Positions 24,821 to 33,244 are shown, counted from the first letter of the stretch. The stretch: 34,380 nt of DNA from Candidatus Rokuibacteriota bacterium (GCA_050731995.1 JBOHQB010000231.1:1-34380), one strand, 5' to 3'. Program-made: numbers and translations. The notes: generated by a model not told the origin, from the letters alone.

Positions 24821-26659
24821 CTAGCCTCCGAGCCCGACCATGGCGACCTTCTCGTAGAAGACGGCGTTGAAGATCCGCCGCGCGATCGGCGCCGCCACCT
24901 GCCCGCCCTTGCCGCCGCGCTCGGCGAGCACGACGACGACCACTTGCGGGTCCTGGGCGGGCGCGAAGGCGGCGAACCACGCGTGGTCCTGGCCCTTCTC
25001 CGACTTCGACTTGGCCATCAGCTGCGCCGTGCCGGTCTTGCCCGCGACGTCGATGCCGGGGATCCGCGCGGCGGCCCCGGTGCCGCCCTCGTTGACGACC
25101 GCCCACAGACTTTGACGGAGGAAGGCCCACACCAGCGGCGACAACTCGACGCTGCCCGTGACGCGGCCATCGTCACGCCAGACGACGCCTTGCTCGGGGC
25201 GCTCCACGCGCTGCACGAGTCGCGGCTTCCAGAGCACGCCGCCGTTGGCGACGGCGGCCATGAAGCGCGCGACCTGGATGGGCGTGACGAGCACCTGACC
25301 CTGGCCGATCGCCATGTTGATCGTCTCGCCGGCGCTCCACGGCGGCGCGCGCCGGTCGCGCCGCGACCGCGGATGCGGGATGAGTCCCGCCTTCTCGCCC
25401 ACGAGCTCGACACGCGTCGGCGCGCCGAAGCCGAACATCTCCGCGTACCGCGCGATCGCCACACCGCCCACCTTGAGGCCGGCCTGGTAGAAGAAGACGT
25501 TGCAGGACTGCGCGATCGCGCGATGGAGGTCCACGGTGCCGTGGCCTCCTTCCTTCCAGTCCTTGAACGTCCACTGACCGAGCGAGAACTCGCCCGAGCA
25601 GTGCACGCGGTCTGCGGGCGTCAGCGTGCCCTCCTGCAGGCCCGCTGCCGCGACGACAACCTTGAAGACCGAGCCCGGCGCGTACTGCGACTGCACGGCG
25701 CGGTTGAGCAGCGGGAACTCGGGATCCTGCACCACGCGCTGCCACGCGGTCCGGTCGATCGCGCCGGTGAACCGGTCGATCTCGAACGCGGGCGCCGAGA
25801 CGAGCGCGAGCACGTCGCCGTTGCGCGGATCCATCACGACGACGGCGCCGGCATGGCCCTCCAGCGCGCGCTCGGCGGCCTCCTGGATGCGGCGGTCCAC
25901 CGTCGTGACGACCGTCGCGCCCGGGTTGGGCTCCGTGGACTGGATCAGGCGCACGGGCCGGCCCATGGCGTCCACCTCGATGCGCTCGCCGCCGTCGCGT
26001 CCACGCAGGTGCTCGTCGAGCAGCCGCTCGAGTCCGCTCTGCCCGACCATGTCGCCGCGCCGGTGACGGCCCTGCTTGAGCTGCTCGTCGTTCGCCTCGC
26101 GCACGTAGCCGAGGAGGTGCGCCGCGAAGCGGCTCGTCGGGTAGGCGCGCTGCGGCTCGACCTCCACGATGACGCCCGGCAGCTCGAGCTTCCACTCCTC
26201 GACCCGCGCGACGTCGTCCATCGTGAGGCCGCGGCGCACTCGGACGGGCAGCAGCGAGTCGGGCGAGACGCGCCCGACCGCGTCCACGAGCTCCTGGTAC
26301 GGGATCTGCAGCAGCACCGCGAGGCGCCCGAGCACCGCGTTGCGCCGGTCCACGTCGCGGTCGAGCTCGCGCGGGATCAGCGACAGCGTGAAGGCAGGCC
26401 GGTTGTCCACGAGCGGAGCGCCGTTGCGATCGAAAAGGATGCCGCGGGGAGCGGCGATGGGCCGGATGCGGATCCGGTTCTTCTCCGACGCCTCGTGGAA
26501 GCGCCCGCCCTCGAGCACTTGCAGATACCAGAGCTGGCAGAGGACGACGAGGAGCGCGGCCACGACGATCCCCGACATCGCCGCGATCCGCCGCTGGCCG
26601 GCGTCGCGCTGGCTCGGAAACGGCGAGGGCCCGAGGCGCGGACGGAACGGACGGCGCAT
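24821..26659 (-). CDS. mrdA: penicillin-binding protein 2 (elongasome transpeptidase)
   Basis: Trimmed from ORF 24821..26998. ATG 26659 (TGATG overlap with mreD) gives a 612-aa protein. It has an N-terminal TM segment (IVVAALLVVLCQLWYLQV), SxxK (PGSVFKVV) and KTGT (AGKTGTAQ). Confidence 0.9.
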   Translation of the reverse strand: MRRPFRPRLGPSPFPSQRDAGQRRIAAMSGIVVAALLVVLCQLWYLQVLEGGRFHEASEKNRIRIRPIAAPRGILFDRNGAPLVDNRPAFTLSLIPRELDRDVDRRNAVLGRLAVLLQIPYQELVDAVGRVSPDSLLPVRVRRGLTMDDVARVEEWKLELPGVIVEVEPQRAYPTSRFAAHLLGYVREANDEQLKQGRHRRGDMVGQSGLERLLDEHLRGRDGGERIEVDAMGRPVRLIQSTEPNPGATVVTTVDRRIQEAAERALEGHAGAVVVMDPRNGDVLALVSAPAFEIDRFTGAIDRTAWQRVVQDPEFPLLNRAVQSQYAPGSVFKVVVAAAGLQEGTLTPADRVHCSGEFSLGQWTFKDWKEGGHGTVDLHRAIAQSCNVFFYQAGLKVGGVAIARYAEMFGFGAPTRVELVGEKAGLIPHPRSRRDRRAPPWSAGETINMAIGQGQVLVTPIQVARFMAAVANGGVLWKPRLVQRVERPEQGVVWRDDGRVTGSVELSPLVWAFLRQSLWAVVNEGGTGAAARIPGIDVAGKTGTAQLMAKSKSEKGQDHAWFAAFAPAQDPQVVVVVLAERGGKGGQVAAPIARRIFNAVFYEKVAMVGLGG

Positions 26660-27144
26660 CAGGCGCGCCGCCCGACCCACTGCGCGGAGGCCAGCGCGAA
26701 CGCGACCAGCGCGCCGAGGAAGCCGTTGTAGAGCGCCTGCGGCAACACGAGATAGATGAGCACCTCGCCGAACGGCGCCGGAAAGCCCACGAGGCGGAGG
26801 AGCCCGAAACGGGTGACGCCCTCGGCCACGGTGAGCAGCACGATCCCGAGCACCTGCACGGCCGGCTGCTGGACCGCCAGGCGGGCGCCGGCCAGACCGA
26901 TCGCGAAGCCGACCGCCGCCTTGGTGAGCGCCTGCACGCCGAGGAACCCGCCGCTCGCGGCGTCCTGGAACAGCCCGGCGACGAACCCGCCGACGCACCC
27001 GAACTCGGGGCCGCGCCGGAGGGCCAGCAGCACGACGACAATCAGCGCGATGTCGGGCGTGACGTCGGCGATGCGCAGCGCCGGCGCGAGCGTCGTGCCC
27101 GCCACCCCGCCGCCGATCACGGCCGCCGCGAGGAGCCCGCGCAT
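26659..27144 (-). CDS. mreD: rod shape-determining protein MreD
   Basis: ATG 27144. It is a 161-aa polytopic hydrophobic protein in the canonical position between mreC and mrdA, with 1-nt overlaps on both sides. Confidence 0.8.
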   Translation of the reverse strand: MRGLLAAAVIGGGVAGTTLAPALRIADVTPDIALIVVVLLALRRGPEFGCVGGFVAGLFQDAASGGFLGVQALTKAAVGFAIGLAGARLAVQQPAVQVLGIVLLTVAEGVTRFGLLRLVGFPAPFGEVLIYLVLPQALYNGFLGALVAFALASAQWVGRRA

Positions 27145-27980
27145 CAGCTCCCGTCCCCGAAGAACGACGCGACGTCGCGCGCCGCGTCGCCGACCAGCAG
27201 CAGCACCTCGTCGACGCGCCCGAAGTCCACCGCCGGCGTGAGTTGCGCGTAGTGGAAGAGCGCCGAGCCGCGGTCGTCGATCGCGCGCACGCGGCCGACG
27301 GGAATGCCGCGCGGGAACAGGCCGCCCGCGCCCGAGGACACCACGAGGTCGCCGACCTGGATCCCCGCGCCGTCGCGCGCCATATACTTCAGCCGGATCG
27401 TGCCGCGCGGCTCGCCCTCCACGATGCCGGGCGTGCGTGTGCGGACGACGACGCCGCCGACCGTCGAGGCGGGATCCGTGAGCACCTGCACGATCGACAC
27501 GCCGAGGCGCACGTCGACGACGCGCCCGACGAGCCCGTCGGGCGCGATCACCGCCGAGAGCCGCGACACGCTGTCGCCGCGGCCGCGGTTGACGGTCAGC
27601 GAGCGGACCCAGCCGCCCCAGTCGCGCGCGATGATCTCACCGGAGAGCGTCGTGAGCGGCAGCGCCTCCTTGAGCTCGAGCAGCCGGCGGAGGCGGGCGT
27701 TCTCCTCCGCGGTCTCGTTGACGCGGAGCGCCTCCACGCGGAGCCGCCGGGCCTCTTCGCGCAGCCGCTGGTTCTCGACGCGGACGTTCTTCCAGTCCAC
27801 GTACGTCGCCCACGTTGCGACGGCTGCGCGGTGGGCGCCGGCCAGCACGGCCTGGACGGGCGCGGTGACGAGGGTGAGGGCATCGGCGGCGCCCGAGCCG
27901 TGGCCCCGCGTCTGGAGCGTCAGCAGCACGAAGCACACGCCGGCGACGGCGCCGAGCAGTACGACCGCACGAATCTTCAC
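27144..27980 (-). CDS. mreC: rod shape-determining protein MreC
   Basis: Trimmed from ORF 27144..28241. GTG 27980 has GGAG 7 nt upstream and gives a 278-aa protein. It has a TM anchor, a coiled coil (ENQRLREEARRLRVEALRVNETAEENARLRRLL) and a beta-rich C-terminal domain (VVSSGAGGLFPRGIPVG). Confidence 0.85.
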   Translation of the reverse strand: MKIRAVVLLGAVAGVCFVLLTLQTRGHGSGAADALTLVTAPVQAVLAGAHRAAVATWATYVDWKNVRVENQRLREEARRLRVEALRVNETAEENARLRRLLELKEALPLTTLSGEIIARDWGGWVRSLTVNRGRGDSVSRLSAVIAPDGLVGRVVDVRLGVSIVQVLTDPASTVGGVVVRTRTPGIVEGEPRGTIRLKYMARDGAGIQVGDLVVSSGAGGLFPRGIPVGRVRAIDDRGSALFHYAQLTPAVDFGRVDEVLLLVGDAARDVASFFGDGS

Positions 27981-28018
27981 GTTCGACTCCGAGACCGCGA
28001 CGCCCCGGCGCGAAACGA

Positions 28019-29071
<1,053 letters not shown>

Positions 29072-29216
29072 TTACGCGCCCCGGTTCTCGGGCGCAGTTA
29101 CCTTAGCACAGTCCGTGCCACGGCCTCACCGAAAACGCCGATTTTCCGCCACGTTAGGGCCGCCGAGCGAGCGGGCCCGCCGGGACGGGCGCGCCTTCCA
29201 GAAAACGGACGGTTTT

Positions 29217-29396
29217 TCAGCGGCTTTGCGACTGAAGGCGTCGCCGGACGTAGGGCGCGAGCCCGCCGGCGCGGATGAGCTCCTGGAGGAACGGCGGGAA
29301 GGGCGCGCCCTGCCAGGTCCTGCCCTGCGTCACATCCGCGATCACGCCCGTCGCACGTGCCGCGTGCGCCGCGACGATCTTCTCGGTGATCGTCAT
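29217..29396 (-). pseudogene. in-frame relic of an aconitase-family dehydratase pair (LeuC/HacA N-terminus fused to LeuD/HacB C-terminus), 59 codons
   Basis: The ORF encodes MTITEKIVAAHAARATGVIADVTQGRTWQGAPFPPFLQELIRAGGLAPYVRRRLQSQSR. MTITEKI(L/V)AAHA is the stereotyped start of type-2 isopropylmalate/homoaconitate dehydratase large subunits. ...V.D.T.G......P.P.F..E.I.AGGL..Y.+.RL is the stereotyped end of the small subunits. The ~580 residues in between are absent. Confidence 0.5.
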
Positions 29397-29419
29397 CCCC
29401 ACGCCGCGAGTATACCCGC

Positions 29420-29608
29420 GTGGCGGCGGACCGGGGCCGGGGGCGTGCCCCGAAATCCGCGAGGCAATCGGGCGCGCGACAATACACACGTGTGCGGCTC
29501 CGATCGCTGTAGGGCCAACGGATTTCTTGGGCACACCCCCGGCCCCGGTCCGCCGCCACCGCCAGGAGACCACGACGGATTTCCTTCACCGACCCCCGGC
29601 CCCGGCCC
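29420..29608. repeat. long near-perfect inverted repeat plus a third copy of the GAAATCCG / CCGGGGCCGGGGG module
   Basis: The left arm 29420-29459 is GTGGCGGCGGACCGGGGCCGGGGGCGTGCCCCGAAATCCG. The right arm 29519-29559 is its reverse complement, with 24 nt perfect and the rest differing by 1 substitution and a 2- vs 3-nt patch. A third, same-orientation partial copy CGGATTTCCTTCACCGACCCCCGGCCCCGGCCC lies at 29576-29608. Confidence 0.85.
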
Positions 29609-29654
29609 TACATCGCGGATCGGGGTATAGTGCGGGCGCCGTGAGGGTGGGCCC

Positions 29655-30707
29655 GTGATCGACGAGTTCGAGCTGTTCTTCGACAAGGGCGTCACCGACG
29701 GGCTGCCCGTCGTGCCCCCGACGCGCGAGCGGGTCGAGCGTATGCTGGCCGGCACCGCGCGTGACCGCGCGGAGCTGATCGGCGAGCTACCGCCGAACTA
29801 CGGACGCCTCACCGTCGAGAAGGCCGCGATCAACGCGGTCATGGCCGGATGCCGGCCCGAGTACCTGCCCGTCGTTCTCGCGGCGGCGGAGTGCGCGTGC
29901 GACCCCGACTTCAACCTGCACGGCATGGCCACCTCCACGCACTTCTCGGCGCCCCTCATCGTCGTCAACGGACCGATCCGCGCGCGCATCGGCCTCAACG
30001 CGTCCTTCGGCGTCTTCGGACCCGGCTACCGCGCCAACGCGACGATCGGGCGCGCGCTGCGTCTTCTGATGATCAACGTCGGAGGCGCCCGGCCCGGCGA
30101 GACGTCGATGTCCACCTTCGGCCATCCGGGCCGCTACACCTACTGCATCGCCGAGCACGAGGAGGCAAGCCCGTGGCCCCCGCTCCACGCGAGCCGCGGC
30201 TGCGACCCCTCGCACAGCGCCGTGACGCTCTTCGCCGGAGAGGCACCGCACGGCATCTCGGACCACGCGAGCCGCACGGCACGGGCGCTGGCGGGCTCGC
30301 TCGGCTGGACGATGGCCGGACTCTGGAACAGCAAGCACTTCCCGCTCTACTCGCACACCATGCTCGTGGTCGGGCCCGAGCACGCGCGCACCTTCGCCGA
30401 CGACGGGTGGTCGCGCGCGGACCTCGCGCGCTATCTCTGGGAGACGATCCGCGTGCCGTACCGGACGCTCGTGCCCGACGACCTGCACGGTGAGGGCACC
30501 AATCTGAGGTACACGAAGGCGCCCCCCGTCGCCGACGAGCCGATTCCGAAATTCCCCTCGCCGGACGAGATCCACATCGTCGTCGCCGGCGGCACCGCGG
30601 GCCGCTTCTCGGTCGCGATTCCCGGCTGGCTCGGCACGAGGAACGGCTCGCGTCCGATCACGCGCGTGATCGAGACGCGCCGAGATCCGGGCGCAAAAAT
30701 CGGTTGA
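29655..30707 (+). CDS. conserved hypothetical protein (350 aa), family not recognised
   Basis: GTG 29655 has GAGG ~8 nt upstream and TATAGT at 29626-29631. Codon bias is coherent and the sequence is non-repetitive ([68 protein letters not shown]). An intrinsic terminator follows. Confidence 0.7.
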   Translation: MIDEFELFFDKGVTDGLPVVPPTRERVERMLAGTARDRAELIGELPPNYGRLTVEKAAINAVMAGCRPEYLPVVLAAAECACDPDFNLHGMATSTHFSAPLIVVNGPIRARIGLNASFGVFGPGYRANATIGRALRLLMINVGGARPGETSMSTFGHPGRYTYCIAEHEEASPWPPLHASRGCDPSHSAVTLFAGEAPHGISDHASRTARALAGSLGWTMAGLWNSKHFPLYSHTMLVVGPEHARTFADDGWSRADLARYLWETIRVPYRTLVPDDLHGEGTNLRYTKAPPVADEPIPKFPSPDEIHIVVAGGTAGRFSVAIPGWLGTRNGSRPITRVIETRRDPGAKIG

Positions 30708-30788
30708 CTTGCGCGCGCCCGCCGTGCGATCCTCCAAACAGTTCTGGTTCAACACGGAGTCGGTAGCGATTGACGAAATCGAAACGAA

Positions 30789-30825
30789 CGCCGCGCGGTC
30801 CCAGCTCGCGCGGCGTTTTTTCTTT
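30789..30825 (+). terminator. rho-independent terminator
   Basis: CGCCGCGCG (30789-30797), a 9-nt loop, CGCGCGGCG (30807-30815), then TTTTTTCTTT (30816-30825). It lies 82 nt after the stop of the 350-aa gene. Confidence 0.75.
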
Positions 30826-30906
30826 GCCTGCCAATCCCGGCAGGTGACCCCGCCATCGTGGCGGGAGCATGCAGGGGCTGAAGACCCCCAAGAGAGAGGT
30901 CGCGGG

Positions 30907-31107
30907 ATGGCAACAGGACAGGTGAAGTGGTTCAACGACGCGAAGGGCTACGGGTTCATCACGCAGGAGGGCGGGGAGGACGTGTTCGTCCACTACAGCG
31001 CCATTCAGGCCCAGGGCTTCAAGTCCCTGGCCGAAGGTGACAAGGTCGACTTCGAGGTCACCCGCGGTCCGAAGGGTCTTCAGGCAGCCAACGTCCGGAA
31101 AGCCTAG
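30907..31107 (+). CDS. cspA: cold-shock protein (CspA family)
   Basis: Trimmed from ORF 30709..31107. ATG 30907 (GAGAGG upstream) gives [34 protein letters not shown]... (66 aa), with RNP1 (KGYGFI) and RNP2 (VFVHY). Confidence 0.95.
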   Translation: MATGQVKWFNDAKGYGFITQEGGEDVFVHYSAIQAQGFKSLAEGDKVDFEVTRGPKGLQAANVRKA

Positions 31108-31120
31108 CCTCACGCATCGC

Positions 31121-31150
31121 GCGCCCGGGTCCGGCGACGGGCCCGGGCGC
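31121..31150 (+). terminator. GC-rich hairpin after cspA (possible attenuator/terminator, no U-tract)
   Basis: GCGCCCGGG (31121-31129) pairs with CCCGGGCGC (31142-31150). It is followed by TTCCAATAAC rather than a T-run. Confidence 0.35.
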
Positions 31151-31185
31151 TTCCAATAACCTCAGACCGAAAGGCTCACACACTG

Positions 31186-32358
31186 ATGGTTCGCTCATTC
31201 ACTGATCTTCCGCTCACTGAACCCATGCTCGCCGCGATCGCACGCGCCGGGTACGCGACGCCCACGCCCATCCAGGCCCAGGTCATCGGTCCGATCCTGG
31301 ATGGGCGCGACGTCATCGGCTGCGCCCAGACGGGCACCGGCAAGACCGCGGCGTTTGCGATTCCGACCATTGAACGCCTCGCCGGGGCGGGTGAACGCCT
31401 CGCCGGGGCGGGTGAACGCCTCGCCGGGGCGGGCTCACTCCTCACCGGGAGGGTTTCACCGCCCGCGGGCCCGCGCGCACTGGTGCTGGCGCCGACTCGC
31501 GAGCTGGCGCTCCAGATCGCGGAGACATTCGACACGCTCGGCCCGGCGCTCAGGACCGTCGTCCTGATCGGCGGTGAGTCGATGGGGCCTCAGGTGTCCG
31601 CCCTCGGCAAGCGCCCCGACGTCATCGTGGCCACGCCGGGGCGTCTCTTCGACCATCTCGAGCGCCGGACGACGAGCCTCGGGACGATCCGGCTCGTCAT
31701 TCTCGACGAGGCCGACCGGATGCTCGACATGGGCTTCGCGCCCCAGGTCGAGCGCATCCTTCGCGTGGTTCCGCTCGACCGGCAGACGCTCTGCTTCTCG
31801 GCGACGATGCCGAAAGAGGTCGAGGCCCTCGTCCGCCAGCATCTGGTCCGGCCGGTCCGGATCGATGCGGGCACGATCGCCCGGCCCGTCGCCAAGGTCA
31901 CGCAGGTGCTCTACCGGGCGCAGGTGCAGGACAAGACACCGCTCCTGCTGAGGCTCCTCGGCCAGGAGCGCGGCCAAACACTGGTCTTCACCCGCACCAA
32001 GCACCGCGCCGACCGCGTGGCGCGCGCCGTGCAAGCGGCGGGGCATCGCGTCACGCGTCTGCACGCCAACCGCTCGATGGCCCAACGCCGTGAGGCGCTC
32101 GACGGGTTCCGTGAGGGACGCTACCGGGTGCTCGTGGCCACCGACATCGCGGCGCGCGGCATCGACGTCCCGGATATCGCGCACATCGTGAACTTCGATC
32201 TGCCGCACACGCCGGAGGACTACATCCATCGCATTGGCCGCACCGCGCGCGCCGAGGCGAGCGGCACGGCGTCGAGCTTTGCGTCACCGGAGGAGCACGA
32301 TCAGCTCCGCCAGATCGAGCGCCATCTCGGACACGCCGTCCCGCAGCTGCAGGCGTAA
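31186..32358 (+). CDS. DEAD-box ATP-dependent RNA helicase (short, 390 aa)
   Basis: ATG 31186. Motifs present: Q motif (GYATPTPIQ), I (AQTGTGKT), Ia (PTRELA), Ib (TPGR), II (DEAD in ILDEADRM), III (SAT), V (ARGID) and VI (HRIGRTAR). Confidence 0.9.
   Translation: MVRSFTDLPLTEPMLAAIARAGYATPTPIQAQVIGPILDGRDVIGCAQTGTGKTAAFAIPTIERLAGAGERLAGAGERLAGAGSLLTGRVSPPAGPRALVLAPTRELALQIAETFDTLGPALRTVVLIGGESMGPQVSALGKRPDVIVATPGRLFDHLERRTTSLGTIRLVILDEADRMLDMGFAPQVERILRVVPLDRQTLCFSATMPKEVEALVRQHLVRPVRIDAGTIARPVAKVTQVLYRAQVQDKTPLLLRLLGQERGQTLVFTRTKHRADRVARAVQAAGHRVTRLHANRSMAQRREALDGFREGRYRVLVATDIAARGIDVPDIAHIVNFDLPHTPEDYIHRIGRTARAEASGTASSFASPEEHDQLRQIERHLGHAVPQLQA
31372..31434 (+). repeat. 21-bp x3 in-frame tandem repeat inside the helicase gene
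   Basis: GAACGCCTCGCCGGGGCGGGT occurs at 31372-31392 and 31393-31413, and GAACGCCTCGCCGGGGCGGGC at 31414-31434. Together they encode ERLAGAG x3 between helicase motifs I and Ia. Confidence 0.95.
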
Positions 32359-32372
32359 AAGGCGTCGACTGC

Positions 32373-32808
32373 TGGGGGAGTCCGAGGGGGGTCGCCCCCC
32401 TCGGCACAAATGAAAACCCCGACGATGGCTTGCGGCGCGTGATGCTGTCACTCGCCGTTGCGCCGCCCCGCTTGGTGAGGCGGGATCGTCGGGGTCGGTG
32501 GCGCCTGGACTCCCAGGCAATTCCACCCTGCGCTAGCGTGGACCCTGCCTAGGAGGCAACCACCTCACAGATCACCGTAGGAGTACACATCGGCTGGATC
32601 ACCTCCTGTTCTCGGCAAGGCCGCCACGCGGGCCCAGTTCCCACCCACCCAGAACCGGATGCCGACTCCCGGCCCGGGGCTCGGCCACGTCAGCCGCCGA
32701 CGGGATTGTCGGTGGGGACGCCCTGAGGAGCGCTGTTGTCGCTCCGGCCGATTTGCCCACATCCTACCGCAGCGGCCGGGCGCGCCAAAGAAAAAGTCGG
32801 GTGCGCGT
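32373..32808. ncRNA. candidate structured non-coding RNA region, unclassified, containing a 16S rRNA 3'-end look-alike
   Basis: The gap between convergent genes has no credible ORF. It contains several nested perfect 5-10 bp helices, listed in the findings. CGGCTGGATCACCTCCT (32591-32607) is identical to the 16S 3' terminus. Strand and boundaries are unknown. Confidence 0.3.
32382..32404. terminator. 10-bp perfect GC hairpin between convergent genes
   Basis: CCGAGGGGGG-TCG-CCCCCCTCGG lies 24 nt after the helicase stop. There is no U-tract on either strand, so terminator function is uncertain. Confidence 0.4.
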
Positions 32809-33129
32809 TCACTTGATGACGATGCGCTCGCGGTTCTTCTCCCACAGCACGCCGCCGACGCCCTCGACCTTGCGCAAGTCCTCCGCCTTCCGGAACGGGC
32901 CGTGCGCGTCACGGTACTCGACGATCCGCTCCGCGAGCTTGGGCCCGACCCCCTCGAGCGTCGTCAGCTCCTTCACGGACGCGCTGTTGATGTTGACCTT
33001 GTCGCGGGTCGCCGCCGAGGCGATCGGACCGGCGACGGCCCCGGCGGATGGGACCAGCGCGGCGGCCGCCGGCGCGGCATGCGAGACAACGCAGAGGAGC
33101 AGCACGAGCAACGAAACGAATGTGGTCAT
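32809..33129 (-). CDS. comEA: ComEA-like helix-hairpin-helix DNA-binding protein (secreted/periplasmic)
   Basis: Trimmed from ORF 32809..33729. ATG 33129 (AGGAGAG 7 nt upstream) gives MTTFVSLLVLLLCVVSHAAPAAA... (a signal peptide) followed by VNINSASVKELTTLEGVGPKLAERIVEYRDAHGPFRKAEDLRKVEGVG (tandem HhH). The protein is 106 aa. Confidence 0.8.
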   Translation of the reverse strand: MTTFVSLLVLLLCVVSHAAPAAAALVPSAGAVAGPIASAATRDKVNINSASVKELTTLEGVGPKLAERIVEYRDAHGPFRKAEDLRKVEGVGGVLWEKNRERIVIK

Positions 33130-33244
33130 CGACGCTCTCCTGTATTTTCCGGTGCACGGCACGCTCGAGCATTCGAGCGTCGCCATTGCACGTCCGGCGT
33201 GGAGGCGCGTCAATGTCCACTCTTTCAGACGCCGGCTGTATCCC

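Noticed and set aside
29444-29460. Sigma-54 type promoter (GGCACG...)
   Set aside because: No TTGC(A/T) element lies at the required 4-5 nt spacing after the GGCAC-like string.
29420-29608. CRISPR array
   Set aside because: There are only three copies, two of them in inverted orientation. Spacing is irregular, the repeats are not of uniform length, and no cas genes are present in the window.
29098-29755. Four overlapping 118-171-aa ORFs across the mreB-upstream region (29098..29589 -, 29115..29630 +, 29275..29658 +, 29393..29755 -)
   Set aside because: They run through the inverted-repeat array and are Gly/Pro/Arg-rich. Their apparent similarity to an ORF at 21905 (KEIRWPY) is just the translated DNA repeat. 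Only the 59-codon core at 29217-29396 looks protein-like.
32574-32612. A genuine 16S rRNA gene end
   Set aside because: The sequence upstream is a protein-coding helicase gene plus unrelated sequence. The helix-45 stem and the GTCGTAACAAGGTA block are not preserved, and no ITS tRNA follows. It is reported as a mimic or relic instead.
32373-32808. RNase P RNA, tmRNA, SRP RNA or 6S RNA in the helicase-comEA gap
   Set aside because: On either strand I could not find any of the following: the RNase P P4 strings (GAGGAAAGTCCGGGC / ACAGAACCCGGCTTA), the tmRNA tRNA-like end (GGTTCGA.TCC...CCACCA) or an ..ALAA-stop tag frame, or the SRP GGAA-tetraloop domain IV. GGGAGTCCAGGCGCCAC on the minus strand is only a loose match to the P4 region. 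The region is left unclassified.
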